Origin: Minisyncoccia bacterium | Lineage (GTDB): Bacteria; Patescibacteriota; Minisyncoccia; UBA6257; 2-01-FULL-56-20 | DNA length: 64,000 nucleotides | Assembly (NCBI GenBank): GCA_049997875.1 | Contig: JBEKRC010000005.1 | Location: 1,679 to 65,678, forward strand | Direction: 5' to 3' | In this document: positions 19,348 to 28,269 of the stretch, piece by piece | Layout of the letters: each line of letters begins with the position of its first letter | Position numbering within the stretch: position 1 is the first letter of the stretch | Translations under genes and position numbers: made by a program | Notes under the pieces: generated by a model | The model's input: only the letters and a program-made list of their open reading frames with translations | Told to the model about the DNA's origin: nothing | Databases searched by the model: none

Positions 19348-20112
19348 ATGGATTGGCTCACCTACATAGTGCTCGTCATTGTCATCGTTCTTCTCGCGGG
19401 GATCAAGGTGATAAAGGAATATCAGCGAGCGGTCGTATTCCGCTTGGGGCGCCTTGTGGGTGCGCGCGGCCCCGGCTTGATCTATGTCCTCCCTATCTTT
19501 GAAAAGATGGTGCGGGTCGGCCTTCGCACCGTCACCATGAACATCCCGTCGCAGAAGATCATCACGAAGGACAATGTTTCCATAGACATCGCGGCGGTGG
19601 CGTACTACCACGTGGTGGATGCGCAAAAATCCGTGGTCGCGATTGAGAACGTCCACGACGCGGTGAACCAGATCAGCCAGACGACGGTGAGGAACGTCGT
19701 GGGGCAGTTCATGCTTGACCAATTTTTGTCGCAGACGGTTGATATAAACGAAAAAATAAAAAATGTGATTGACGTCCATACGGAACCATGGGGCATCCAG
19801 GTGACCGCGGTTGAGATCAAGGACGTCATCCTGCCCGACAACATGCAACGGGCGATGGCGAAGGAGGCCGAGGCCGAACGCGAGCGGCGGGCGAAGATCG
19901 TCGCTGCACAAGGCGAATTCCAAGCGGCTGAAAAATTGGGGCAAGCGGCCGAGATCATTGCCGCACATCCCGTCGCCCTCCAACTTCGTACGCTCCAAAC
20001 GATGGCGGAGATCGCCACCGAAAAGAACTCCACGATCATCTTCCCGGCACAGTTCATGACGACGGTCAAAGAAGCCCTTGAGACGCTGCAGCTGGATAAG
20101 AAGAATAAGTGA
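19348..20112 (+). CDS. SPFH/slipin (band 7) protein
   Basis: EYQRAVVFRLG, ITKDNV, AEAERERRAK, LQLRTLQT. Confidence 0.93.
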   Translation: MDWLTYIVLVIVIVLLAGIKVIKEYQRAVVFRLGRLVGARGPGLIYVLPIFEKMVRVGLRTVTMNIPSQKIITKDNVSIDIAAVAYYHVVDAQKSVVAIENVHDAVNQISQTTVRNVVGQFMLDQFLSQTVDINEKIKNVIDVHTEPWGIQVTAVEIKDVILPDNMQRAMAKEAEAERERRAKIVAAQGEFQAAEKLGQAAEIIAAHPVALQLRTLQTMAEIATEKNSTIIFPAQFMTTVKEALETLQLDKKNK

Positions 20113-20154
20113 GCGGGGTGGGCGAAGCGGTAGGGGTAGTGGTAGCGCCGCGCG

Positions 20155-20676
20155 CTACGAGCGCTTCTCCAGGCTGAGGTTTGAAAACGCCAAAAGTAGG
20201 GCGGGCATCATGAGGTCCTTCCTCGTGAGCGTTTTCCCGGAAAAGTATATGACGGGGTCTTCCTCTCCTGCGAGGCTTTGGGTAAGGGCGTCAATTTTGA
20301 TGTGGCTATCCTGTATTTCTTTGATCATCCACAGCGGCACGCGTATGCCGGGGGTGAAGCTTTCTGCGGTCCTGCCTTCCTTGGTCTTCACGGCGGTGCA
20401 GATCACGTAATACCATTCGTTCGCGTTGAAGATAAAAACAAGCGAATTTTCTATTCCCACGCCCACGTCTATGCCTGCGCGTCCGACCGCTTCCTCGGCG
20501 CAGGACCTCGCCCTTTTGAAGAGCTCTTCAAACCCGAATGTCTGCGCGGGGAGGGACGGACGGAAGGCGTTGTCGGCGGCGACGGTCGCTTCAATGCCGA
20601 GCCGCTTCACGGCCTCCTCCACTGCAGCTTTCTTGAAATCAAAATAACGCTTTGAGGTATAGAAACCGATGGTCAT
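20155..20676 (-). CDS. YjjX/DUF84-like non-canonical NTPase
   Basis: KKAAVEEA, PAQTFG..E...RA, VGIE, TR near the C-terminus. Confidence 0.65.
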   Translation of the reverse strand: MTIGFYTSKRYFDFKKAAVEEAVKRLGIEATVAADNAFRPSLPAQTFGFEELFKRARSCAEEAVGRAGIDVGVGIENSLVFIFNANEWYYVICTAVKTKEGRTAESFTPGIRVPLWMIKEIQDSHIKIDALTQSLAGEEDPVIYFSGKTLTRKDLMMPALLLAFSNLSLEKRS

Positions 20677-20698
20677 TCGTCCTACCAGTATAACATTC

Positions 20699-22987
20699 CT
20701 ACGTTTTTACGGTCGCTTCGGCGGGAATGTCTTCTATCTCGCAGACGCCGCCCACGCACGCGAGTTCTTTTTTCACGTCGGTCGTATCTTCCCGTTCATA
20801 GAGGATGATCTGCGAGAAATCAAGCGCTGGCATTTTGGCGAGCATCTCCTCGTAGTGTTCCTTTGCGATTTCCTCGTAGGGCGCCAAGAGGTAGGCGTGG
20901 TCCTCGCGCGGAAGGAAGGAAACGCCGCCAATGATATCCCAGTTCTCGTAGACCCAATCCGCGACGCCGATCCATTCGTTCTCGCCCACGGAAATCGTGA
21001 CCGAAGGATTATGTTCGGTATAGTCCGTTTTCACTTTCTTCCAGTACTCAAGCTGATCGAGCGCCGTAAGGTCGTTTTTTGTCACCGCGCCCTCGGGGGC
21101 CTTCACGGGGAATTCCACCACATAGAGGTTCGCCGAGGAGAGCGACTGGCCCACCTCGGGGAAGTATTGCACCTTTTGGTCCTTCATCATCTGGAAAAGC
21201 GCGTCGGATGCCGCGATGCGCACGCGGCGGATGTAGTACTTTGCGTGGCGCGGGTGAAGCCCGGAAGAGGAATCCACCGTTTGTGAAAGATTGCCGGACG
21301 GCTTCACGCAGGTGATCGCCATGGAAGGATTGATGCCGAAGCGCTTGGCGTACTCGGCGTTCACCTGAATCGCGCAGTCGCGGAGTTTCCGGAACACATT
21401 CAGGTCGCGCACCGCGGCGCAATCCCACTGGCCGGTTACGGAAACGCCCAAGAGCCGCTCGCGGTCGCAATTTTGTTTCCATTCTTTGGAAAGATAGGGG
21501 AAATTGGTGAGCGTGGATTGGTAGGTGCCCAAGATGGTCGCGAGCCGCATCTTTTTCATTAAGGTTGCTTCGGTATCCTCGGCGCGGGCCACGACCTCGG
21601 AGAGATTGCAGAATTCCTTCGGCTGGAGGATGATCTCGCCGCACGGATTCGTGCCCAGCCGGTTGATCTCTTCCTTCAGGAATTTCTTGCGGCGCTCGGG
21701 GAGCTGAAAGGCCATGCCGCCGCGATTGAAGATGCCCCGCTCGCCCGTGCCGCTCTTTGCGAGCGAAAGCCATTCTTCAAGGAATTGCGTGGAATTTGGC
21801 CTCTCGGTATAGACCGCGGAGTTGTTCGCCATGGAACGCTGGGGTTCCGTCATCCAGAATTGCCCCGTCTTTGCTTGCCGCATTTCCGGGTCGTCGAGAT
21901 CGGAAAGGGAAATCGTGGCGCTCCGGCGCACGCCGCCCGCGACGACGATCTCGCCGATCTTGCAGCAGATGTCGTGCACGTCAATATTCGCAAGCCGCCG
22001 TCCCTGCTTCGCAAGAATTTTTCTCCGTGCGAAAGAGAGTAATGCACGCAGGGGTTCGGGCCCCGAACTTTTACCGCCCATTGTTTTCAAGCGTGCACCC
22101 GCGGGACGCAATTGCGAAAAATCAAACTCAATGTCCTTGCCGTCAAACCATGTTTTGAGGCCCAAGGTGAGCGCATCGCACCATCCTTCTTTGCTGTCCG
22201 CGATCATGTGCGCCGGCAACTTCTTCCCGGTCTGCCTTTTGATCTGCGGAAGTTTCTGGACGTTCTGGCTTTCCACGCTGAACCCCACACCCGTGCCGCA
22301 CATGGAGATGTACATCATCTCGGCGAAATCCTCCGGTTTCTGCGGAGCGAGATACGAGCAATTGAATGCCGAGACGTTCGTGGAACGGGCCGCGACGCCC
22401 GCGAACTGCAAGAGCCGCATGGACGGCATCGCTTCCTGTTTCAGGATCCCTTCGCGCACTTCCGCATATTCGGCGTCGGTGAGCTTCCCGCCGAGATTTT
22501 CTTTCATGAAATTCACATAACGGTCCACTGTCTCTATCCACGTTTCGCGGCGGCCCTCCTCGGGGATCCACTTGGAATACGTCCGGTAGTACACGAACTC
22601 GGCGAGCTGGTTCCTGAAATATTTTTTGCTCTCTTCGGCAAGCATACGCACGCGTTCCGGGATCTCGCGTTTCATTTCGCGGATTTGCGCGCGGTCGGCA
22701 CGGTACAAAATGTACGCCTTCGCGGTCTTTGAGTAGTCCATGAGGATCAGCTGCGTCTCCACGGTGTCCTGGATTTCCTCAATCGTGGGAATATGCTCCT
22801 TCGGGAGCTTTTTCTCAAGCGTAGCCACCACTTGTTCCGAAACTTTCTCCGCATCTTCCTTTGATTTGGCCTCCCCGGTCACGTTCATCGCTTTCGCGAT
22901 GGCGTTCGTGACCTTGTTCTGGTCAAATGGCACGATGCGACCGTCCCTTTTTCTTACCTCCGCGAAGTGGTGTTTCCCAAAAATCAT
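20699..22987 (-). CDS. nrdJ: Class II (B12-dependent) ribonucleotide reductase with ATP cone
   Basis: VRKRDG ATP cone, GTNPCGEI, TCVKPSG, C-terminal CVGGVCE. Confidence 0.92.
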   Translation of the reverse strand: MIFGKHHFAEVRKRDGRIVPFDQNKVTNAIAKAMNVTGEAKSKEDAEKVSEQVVATLEKKLPKEHIPTIEEIQDTVETQLILMDYSKTAKAYILYRADRAQIREMKREIPERVRMLAEESKKYFRNQLAEFVYYRTYSKWIPEEGRRETWIETVDRYVNFMKENLGGKLTDAEYAEVREGILKQEAMPSMRLLQFAGVAARSTNVSAFNCSYLAPQKPEDFAEMMYISMCGTGVGFSVESQNVQKLPQIKRQTGKKLPAHMIADSKEGWCDALTLGLKTWFDGKDIEFDFSQLRPAGARLKTMGGKSSGPEPLRALLSFARRKILAKQGRRLANIDVHDICCKIGEIVVAGGVRRSATISLSDLDDPEMRQAKTGQFWMTEPQRSMANNSAVYTERPNSTQFLEEWLSLAKSGTGERGIFNRGGMAFQLPERRKKFLKEEINRLGTNPCGEIILQPKEFCNLSEVVARAEDTEATLMKKMRLATILGTYQSTLTNFPYLSKEWKQNCDRERLLGVSVTGQWDCAAVRDLNVFRKLRDCAIQVNAEYAKRFGINPSMAITCVKPSGNLSQTVDSSSGLHPRHAKYYIRRVRIAASDALFQMMKDQKVQYFPEVGQSLSSANLYVVEFPVKAPEGAVTKNDLTALDQLEYWKKVKTDYTEHNPSVTISVGENEWIGVADWVYENWDIIGGVSFLPREDHAYLLAPYEEIAKEHYEEMLAKMPALDFSQIILYEREDTTDVKKELACVGGVCEIEDIPAEATVKT

Positions 22988-23085
22988 GTTATGAAAAGTT
23001 AATGGATATTTAATTTCGACGTAAACCAATTGTACCACCACGCCTTGTCAAAAGGGAGGTGTGGATAGCAATTCTTTCATCAACT

Positions 23086-24399
23086 TTACGACGGAAAGTC
23101 AAACTGTGCGAGTTTGCTCACGGAATTTATGAGATAGAAAGTATTTTCCTGCGGTTTGTAAAGGGGAGAGGTCCCTTTTGCGACGGCGACAAAGTTGCGG
23201 AGGCCAAGGTCGTCAATGTCCAGGAAGGAAACGGAATCGGGATACGCGACAAAAAGATGATTCATATCCTTATACCAGATCGTGCGGACGGCGTCCTTTA
23301 CGTCGGGGAGGTTAAACCGGTGGTAGGTTTGCGCATCCGCGAGCGGGAGCACTTCCAAGCTCTTCTCTTCCAGAGCCGCGATCGCCGAACCGTCGTCCGC
23401 GACCGAAAATGTTTTCACGGAGTCAGCTAATTTTTGGAACGTTGCGGCGTTACTGTCGTAAAGGTACAGTGCGCCGTCATTTTGAAGGACGGCGAGAAGG
23501 CCGGGGGTTGCCCACGCGAGCGCGAGGGTCTTTCCCGGGACAGTCAACGCACTTTTCGTCATCGTTTTCGTGAATTTGTCGTAGAGGACGACGTTCGTGG
23601 TATCGGAAGCGTTTCTGAATCTTGTCCAGGCAATGAGGGCGGGGGAGGGCGCCGGCGGTGCGGTTCCCAAAACGGTGCCCACGGGCACCTGCTCAATCAT
23701 GGATGATGACGTGAGCGCCGTGTCAAAGATCCATATCCGCCGGTCGTCCGTGGCGACGACCTTGGTTGCGTCGGACGGATCAATCGCGATGCTCCTGATC
23801 GCGCCGGCGAAGAACGCCGAAAGATTAGTGGAGGTGCCAGCGTCAAAATCATAGAGGAGGTACGCGCCGGTTCTCGCGCTTTTGAAAATAATATTTTTAA
23901 AATTGCTGCTTTCGCTTACCAGGCCTCCGTGGCCGATCGTATTGCCGCGCCAGACGATGGCGTCGCTCGCCGTCTGCGAAATAAGTTCCCCCGACGCGAC
24001 GAAAAAATTTTTAAAGGAGGCCGCCGAAGTGGTCGCGGGCGCATCAGGAACGAGGACCGCATACTTGAGTGCGGCGACGAGCGAAGGAAGCACTTCGGCG
24101 TCCTCGTGCCAATCAAGATAGCCGTTCTCTTTGAGCGTCAACGAATAGTTGCGCGGGAAGAGTTCGGAAATGAGCGTGCCGTAGGAAAGAAATCCTGACT
24201 GGTTCGGGACCGGCTTGCCGTTCAAAAAAATGCTGGCATCGCGCGGAAAGGATTGCACGTAGATCGCCCCGACTTTTTTCGCGCGCCATAGGGCGAAATC
24301 GAATCGCCATCCTTGGGCATAGAGCACTACGCCCGCGCCGAGGACGACAAAGACCACGACAAGCGCGTAAAAGATGGCCCTTCTTGTCCTTTTTGTCAT
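23086..24399 (-). CDS. PEGA-domain membrane protein with a possible beta-propeller
   Basis: TM helix, GAIYVQSFPRDASIFLNGK, YSLTLKENGY. Confidence 0.8.
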   Translation of the reverse strand: MTKRTRRAIFYALVVVFVVLGAGVVLYAQGWRFDFALWRAKKVGAIYVQSFPRDASIFLNGKPVPNQSGFLSYGTLISELFPRNYSLTLKENGYLDWHEDAEVLPSLVAALKYAVLVPDAPATTSAASFKNFFVASGELISQTASDAIVWRGNTIGHGGLVSESSNFKNIIFKSARTGAYLLYDFDAGTSTNLSAFFAGAIRSIAIDPSDATKVVATDDRRIWIFDTALTSSSMIEQVPVGTVLGTAPPAPSPALIAWTRFRNASDTTNVVLYDKFTKTMTKSALTVPGKTLALAWATPGLLAVLQNDGALYLYDSNAATFQKLADSVKTFSVADDGSAIAALEEKSLEVLPLADAQTYHRFNLPDVKDAVRTIWYKDMNHLFVAYPDSVSFLDIDDLGLRNFVAVAKGTSPLYKPQENTFYLINSVSKLAQFDFPS

Positions 24400-24571
24400 G
24401 GGTGAGGTACGAGGTAGATTGTAGCACACGGCGGTTTGCGCATAAGGCCGTATACAGCTTGCGCCAAACCGTTCTCGGATGGGGTATATACGCTGCGCGT
24501 ATATACCTGGTTCGCTCGGTCAAAAGGAAAGCTTGCTTTCCTTTTTCCATCGCTGCCAGGTATAATGATAG

Positions 24572-24686
24572 TGTCCCGCCGCAGATCTCGGATCAAATAA
24601 TTATAAAAGGGAGGGCGAATCGCTGCGATCCGTGGATTGCAGCTGAGCCCACCCACTTGGCGTGAAGCCAGAGATCAGGCGGGATA
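24572..24686 (+). ncRNA. ssrS: Probable short 6S RNA
   Basis: Rod-shaped fold with an AU-rich central bubble; GGGAG..GCCCACCCACTTG resembles conserved 6S elements; TATAAT at 24561 and terminator at 24694-24715. Confidence 0.6.
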
Positions 24687-24706
24687 GGCAAGGAGCCGGC
24701 AAACGC

Positions 24707-24888
24707 CGGCTTTTTGCGCCTTTGCCTTTCTTGAACCCGCTCGTGGCTTCGGAAAATCTAACGACCGCACGACGAAAATCTGCCACCCTCTCGCCTTCGG
24801 CGGGGGTCCCGGCAGATTTTCTGTTCGCTCGTTGATTTTCCTCGCCACTCCGCTAGGTTCTGCGAAAGCACAAAGGCGCAAAAAGCCG
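24707..24888. repeat. Long hairpin repeat, family A, copy 2
   Basis: 18-bp terminal inverted repeat; core identical to copy 1 with compensatory changes in the stem. Confidence 0.8.
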
Positions 24889-24922
24889 ACCTAAGCGTTG
24901 GTCGTTCTGATATAATTTAATT

Positions 24923-25294
24923 GTGATAGAAAATAAAGGGAAGTTCATTGTGGGTAAAATAGCTGACTTTGAAAAACGTAAAGGATGGTTCTTCGGTCGG
25001 TTCTCGGAACACCCGTTATTGCGATCTGATTTAGTAGAAGTCGCTTTTCAGGATATTTCTCAAAAAGAAGCATCTCCCAATGACAAACATCTGCACACGT
25101 CATCAATTGAGATTAATATTGTGTTGAGCGGAAAAGTTTCGCTAACTATCAATGGACAAAAATTTAAAGTCGGCGAAGGCGAATTTTATGTCGTATGGCC
25201 CGAGTCCGTCGTGGAAGATTTACGCACAACGGAAAATACAAAGTTAATTGTGATAAGAGCCCCGAGCGTGAACGACAAAAGGGCGATTGAGTAA
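24923..25294 (+). CDS. Cupin-domain protein
   Basis: HLH...EINIVLSG, GEFYVVWP. Confidence 0.8.
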   Translation: MIENKGKFIVGKIADFEKRKGWFFGRFSEHPLLRSDLVEVAFQDISQKEASPNDKHLHTSSIEINIVLSGKVSLTINGQKFKVGEGEFYVVWPESVVEDLRTTENTKLIVIRAPSVNDKRAIE

Positions 25295-25300
25295 AATCGA

Positions 25301-25624
25301 TCAGAGGAGAGCGTTGATCTTCGCCGCGAGGATGAAATCGTTTTCCGAGAGGCCGCCGATGGCGTGCGTCGTGAGTTCAAAACGGACGAGGTTATAGAAG
25401 ACGTAGATGTCGGGGTGATGCCCTTCGGATTCGGCGAGGTCGGCTACCTTATTCACGAACAACATCGCTTCTTTGAAATCTTTGAATTTGAATTCCTTCG
25501 TTATTTTCCTGCCGTCGGACGAGGTCCATCCGGGCGCGTACTTTAAATAATTCGGCACGCGTTCGGGGTCCAAAGGCGGCATGCCGCCTTCGCACGGGAT
25601 ACAATGTTTTTTCGTGAGGTCCAT
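25301..25624 (-). CDS. Pterin-4-alpha-carbinolamine dehydratase
   Basis: CIPCEGG, AESEGHHPDI, THAIGGLSENDFILAAKI. Confidence 0.93.
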   Translation of the reverse strand: MDLTKKHCIPCEGGMPPLDPERVPNYLKYAPGWTSSDGRKITKEFKFKDFKEAMLFVNKVADLAESEGHHPDIYVFYNLVRFELTTHAIGGLSENDFILAAKINALL

Positions 25625-25682
25625 GGTTATATTAATACAATATTTAAGTTGTAAATCAAATTTCTCGGTTTCCTGCGAACGG

Positions 25683-25751
25683 TGGAGGCTAGGGGAGTCG
25701 AACCCCTCGGATTCTGAATGTCGAATCAGCTCCGGCGACCGCGCAACCCCC
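25683..25751 (-). ncRNA. tRNA-like RNA with G3:U70, A73, a canonical T-arm and no D-stem
   Basis: GGGGGTT/AGCCTCC-A acceptor; AGGGG-TTCGACT-CCCCT T-arm; TACAAT promoter 25768-25763. Confidence 0.65.
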
Positions 25752-25762
25752 ACCGCGCAAAC

Positions 25763-25829
25763 ATTGTAGCGAAGCGACATTAAATAATTCTTAAAAGAAG
25801 TTTGACAAAGTGTTTGAGTCGCTTATACT
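25763..25829. promoter_or_regulatory. Complete bidirectional box module
   Basis: Minus strand: TTTAAG-N5-TTTAAT (25795-25779), 10 bp, TACAAT. Plus strand: 6-bp gap, TTGACA 25802, 16 bp, TATACT 25824. Confidence 0.75.
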
Positions 25830-25835
25830 TTACAA

Positions 25836-25908
25836 TAAGAATGTCGAGTCAGATCCGGTCTGCGTTCGGATTCGCAAAAGGCCCGAGTGATCGGGTCTTT
25901 TGCTTTTT
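25836..25908 (+). ncRNA. Candidate sRNA antisense to the tRNA-like RNA
   Basis: 25839-25858 matches 25716-25735 at 18/20; near-consensus promoter and terminator; no ORF. Confidence 0.65.
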
Positions 25909-25956
25909 GCGGAGTGCGGGAAGGACGTCGCAGAAGTGGATGCTTCCTTTTCTTAT

Positions 25957-26844
25957 CTAAAAACTCTGCGAGCCGATGTGGAATGTGGCGCCAACGACTT
26001 TTCCCAAAAGATAGGTTGCGAGTGCGGTGCCGAGCATGAGCGAAGCTGACTCGGCGAATTCGCGGACGAATTTCCGGTCAAAGATAATCGCGCCGTAGAA
26101 TGTGAATGCGGCGAGGAGAACGATGCCGACCGAGGCGGAGGTGACGAATGCCGCGAGCATCGTGTGGATGAGGAAATAGGGAAGTGCGAGGCAAATTACG
26201 GAGACCATGTAGGAGATGCCGGTGATGAACGCGGAAAGGACCGGTGATTTGTCCGGATCTTGCTTCGCTTGGAGGTATGCCGCCGAGCCCATGGAGATCG
26301 CGGCGGCGAATCCGACGATAACGCCCGAGATACCGGCAATGAGCGTGGAACCCGTGACGCCGAGGAATCCCGCATGCACGCCCGTGATCTCTACGATCGC
26401 GTCGGCGAGTCCGAGGGCCACAAACCCGACGTAAGCGACGCGTTTTTCCCTCAACTGTCCGATGAACAACTGCTCATGCGATTGTTCATCTTCAATGATT
26501 TTTTGCAAACGCTCTTTGTGCGGAGCGGGGAGGGCGGGGAGCATCGCTCGGTACGTCGCGGTTGAATTCTTTTCGTGCGATTCCATCCACTTTGCCGTAA
26601 AGGTGACGCCGAAGACGCTTGCAAGAAGCGGCGTGGCCCAGCGGCCGAACCAATGTGGCTTCGGATCAATGCCCGGCAGGAGCTCCTTCCAGAATTCGTA
26701 ATGTGTTTTTTCGTGCGCGGAAAGTTTTTGGAGCAGCGCCTTGTTTTCCGGTTTTTTCTCGCGTCGCGCAAGCGCATGATACACGTAATGTTCCGTGATC
26801 TCGTTCCGCGCGTGGGAGAGGTATTGTTCTTCGTCGTTGTTCAT
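25957..26844 (-). CDS. Rubrerythrin-like/VIT1-CCC1 family protein
   Basis: ExxH di-iron motifs, ALGLADAIVE, several TM helices. Confidence 0.88.
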   Translation of the reverse strand: MNNDEEQYLSHARNEITEHYVYHALARREKKPENKALLQKLSAHEKTHYEFWKELLPGIDPKPHWFGRWATPLLASVFGVTFTAKWMESHEKNSTATYRAMLPALPAPHKERLQKIIEDEQSHEQLFIGQLREKRVAYVGFVALGLADAIVEITGVHAGFLGVTGSTLIAGISGVIVGFAAAISMGSAAYLQAKQDPDKSPVLSAFITGISYMVSVICLALPYFLIHTMLAAFVTSASVGIVLLAAFTFYGAIIFDRKFVREFAESASLMLGTALATYLLGKVVGATFHIGSQSF

Positions 26845-26846
26845 TG

Positions 26847-26917
26847 TCGGGCCGCCGGGAATTGAACCCGGTCTAAACGCACCCCATGCGCTTGTACTAC
26901 CGGTATACTACGGCCCG
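26847..26917 (-). tRNA. tRNA-Pro(GGG), CCA not encoded
   Basis: CGGGCCG/CGGCCCG acceptor, AGCGC-ATGGGGT-GCGTT anticodon arm, CCGGG-TTCAATT-CCCGG T-arm. Confidence 0.93.
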
Positions 26918-26948
26918 CCTTGAATGGAACTATTGTACCTCGTTGCGT

Positions 26949-27968
26949 TTACTGCTGTCGAGTTAGGGGTATTTTTTCTACTAGGCCGGATTTTTCTCCG
27001 AAACGGGCAGATTTTTCCAGAATCATTTGGTATATGATATCTTGCTTTGATTTCTCATCTAATTTATTGATGGCCGCTCCCTTCTCACTCATCACCCGAT
27101 AGATAACGGCGAGAACTTGCGCATACCTAGATGCCGCCTCGTATTTTTCCTTTGCTTGGGCATAGCGCAAGAACGATTCAAGTTGCACCTTGATCTCGGT
27201 AAGGAGTATGGCTTGGAAGGGATGCTCGGCGATTTCATCCCTCACTTTTGTGAATTCTTTAATCGCGCCCTGGACAGAAGCTGACCTTTCTTTTTCGCGA
27301 CGCCCCGCAGAGATAGTTTCTTTGAGACGTCGGAAGCGCAAAAGGAGCCCTGCAATGCTGTCAACTACCTCTTTGTCGGCGCCAACAACGACGCGGGGGA
27401 GCAGCGTGAGCGGTTCGCAGAGATTTTCTGACTTGAAGTATTTCACCGTCGAAAGCGATTCAGTGATGATAGAATTCGTCACGGCATCGAATTTTTCCTC
27501 CAAGTCCTTGTCGTTCCCCGTTGCGTCTATGCCCAGCGCGAGATGAAGAAATTTTCCCTCTTTCTCTTCCTCTTCTCTTTCAAATTCAACGATACCATCA
27601 ATGTGGTGGATGAAATCGTCGAAGCGAGAAGGAACAAAAAAATTTGCCCTCCCTCCCATCCAATCGCTCTCTGCAATCCCGTTGTTCACAATGGCTTCAA
27701 GGAGATCGTTCCGCTTTTTGGCAACGTGCATGGCTTCAGATCCACGTTCACGCGCAGCGAAGCGATCGGTCAATTTTTTGACAAGCGCTTTGTCATCGGT
27801 TATTTCGGATTGTTTATAGCCCGGAACGTTAAGAAAATCATCCAGGTTAACTGCCTTTGCCTTCATTTCCGGCACCAAAAAGTTATACAGCGCTTCTTGC
27901 ACGTCGCTCAGTGCTTCGCGGGATTCATTCCGAAAAAATACTTCTTCGGGGTTCTGGGGTTGTCTCAT
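26949..27968 (-). CDS. Hypothetical protein, possible PD-(D/E)xK-like fold
   Basis: FDD...IDG..LGIDAT pattern; ATGA overlap with the rpmB stop. Confidence 0.7.
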   Translation of the reverse strand: MRQPQNPEEVFFRNESREALSDVQEALYNFLVPEMKAKAVNLDDFLNVPGYKQSEITDDKALVKKLTDRFAARERGSEAMHVAKKRNDLLEAIVNNGIAESDWMGGRANFFVPSRFDDFIHHIDGIVEFEREEEEKEGKFLHLALGIDATGNDKDLEEKFDAVTNSIITESLSTVKYFKSENLCEPLTLLPRVVVGADKEVVDSIAGLLLRFRRLKETISAGRREKERSASVQGAIKEFTKVRDEIAEHPFQAILLTEIKVQLESFLRYAQAKEKYEAASRYAQVLAVIYRVMSEKGAAINKLDEKSKQDIIYQMILEKSARFGEKSGLVEKIPLTRQQ

Positions 27969-28162
27969 TTTGCCTTCGTCGCCTTGCCCTTGCTCTGCGT
28001 CTTCAGGCAATTTGTGCAGATGAGCTTCCGCACGCCGTTCACTTTGGCGTATTGCAAATTGGGGTACTTGCGGCTCCAGTTCACGGGGTTGTAGTGGCCG
28101 CGAAGCAGGCGGCGCGCGCCGCCCATTTGCGATCCTTTATGGCAGATGGCACATTGCCTCAT
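27965..28162 (-). CDS. rpmB: 50S ribosomal protein L28
   Basis: MRQCAICHKG, RKYPNLQ, ICTNCLKT. Confidence 0.9.
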   Translation of the reverse strand: MRQCAICHKGSQMGGARRLLRGHYNPVNWSRKYPNLQYAKVNGVRKLICTNCLKTQSKGKATKAK

Positions 28163-28269
28163 GGCGATTATGATACGCGAAAATAGGACTTTTTGCAACT
28201 CCGCATTGTCGCTTGTTGGGCACCGCACGGGCACGGGGCGTAACGCAGGGAACCGGTCGTCGTCGCGCG

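Noticed and set aside
24428-24508. Hairpins upstream of the PEGA gene, including GGTATATACGC/GCGTATATACC
   Set aside because: Single occurrence with no supporting promoter-terminator pair or second copy
25683-25751. Canonical tRNA-Ala, tRNA-Sec or full tmRNA
   Set aside because: No D-stem or U8, no 7-nt anticodon loop, and no tag ORF or pseudoknots
25625-25780. N-terminal extension of the dehydratase ORF in the track
   Set aside because: It runs through the tRNA-like RNA; the family-typical start is MDLTKKHC at 25624
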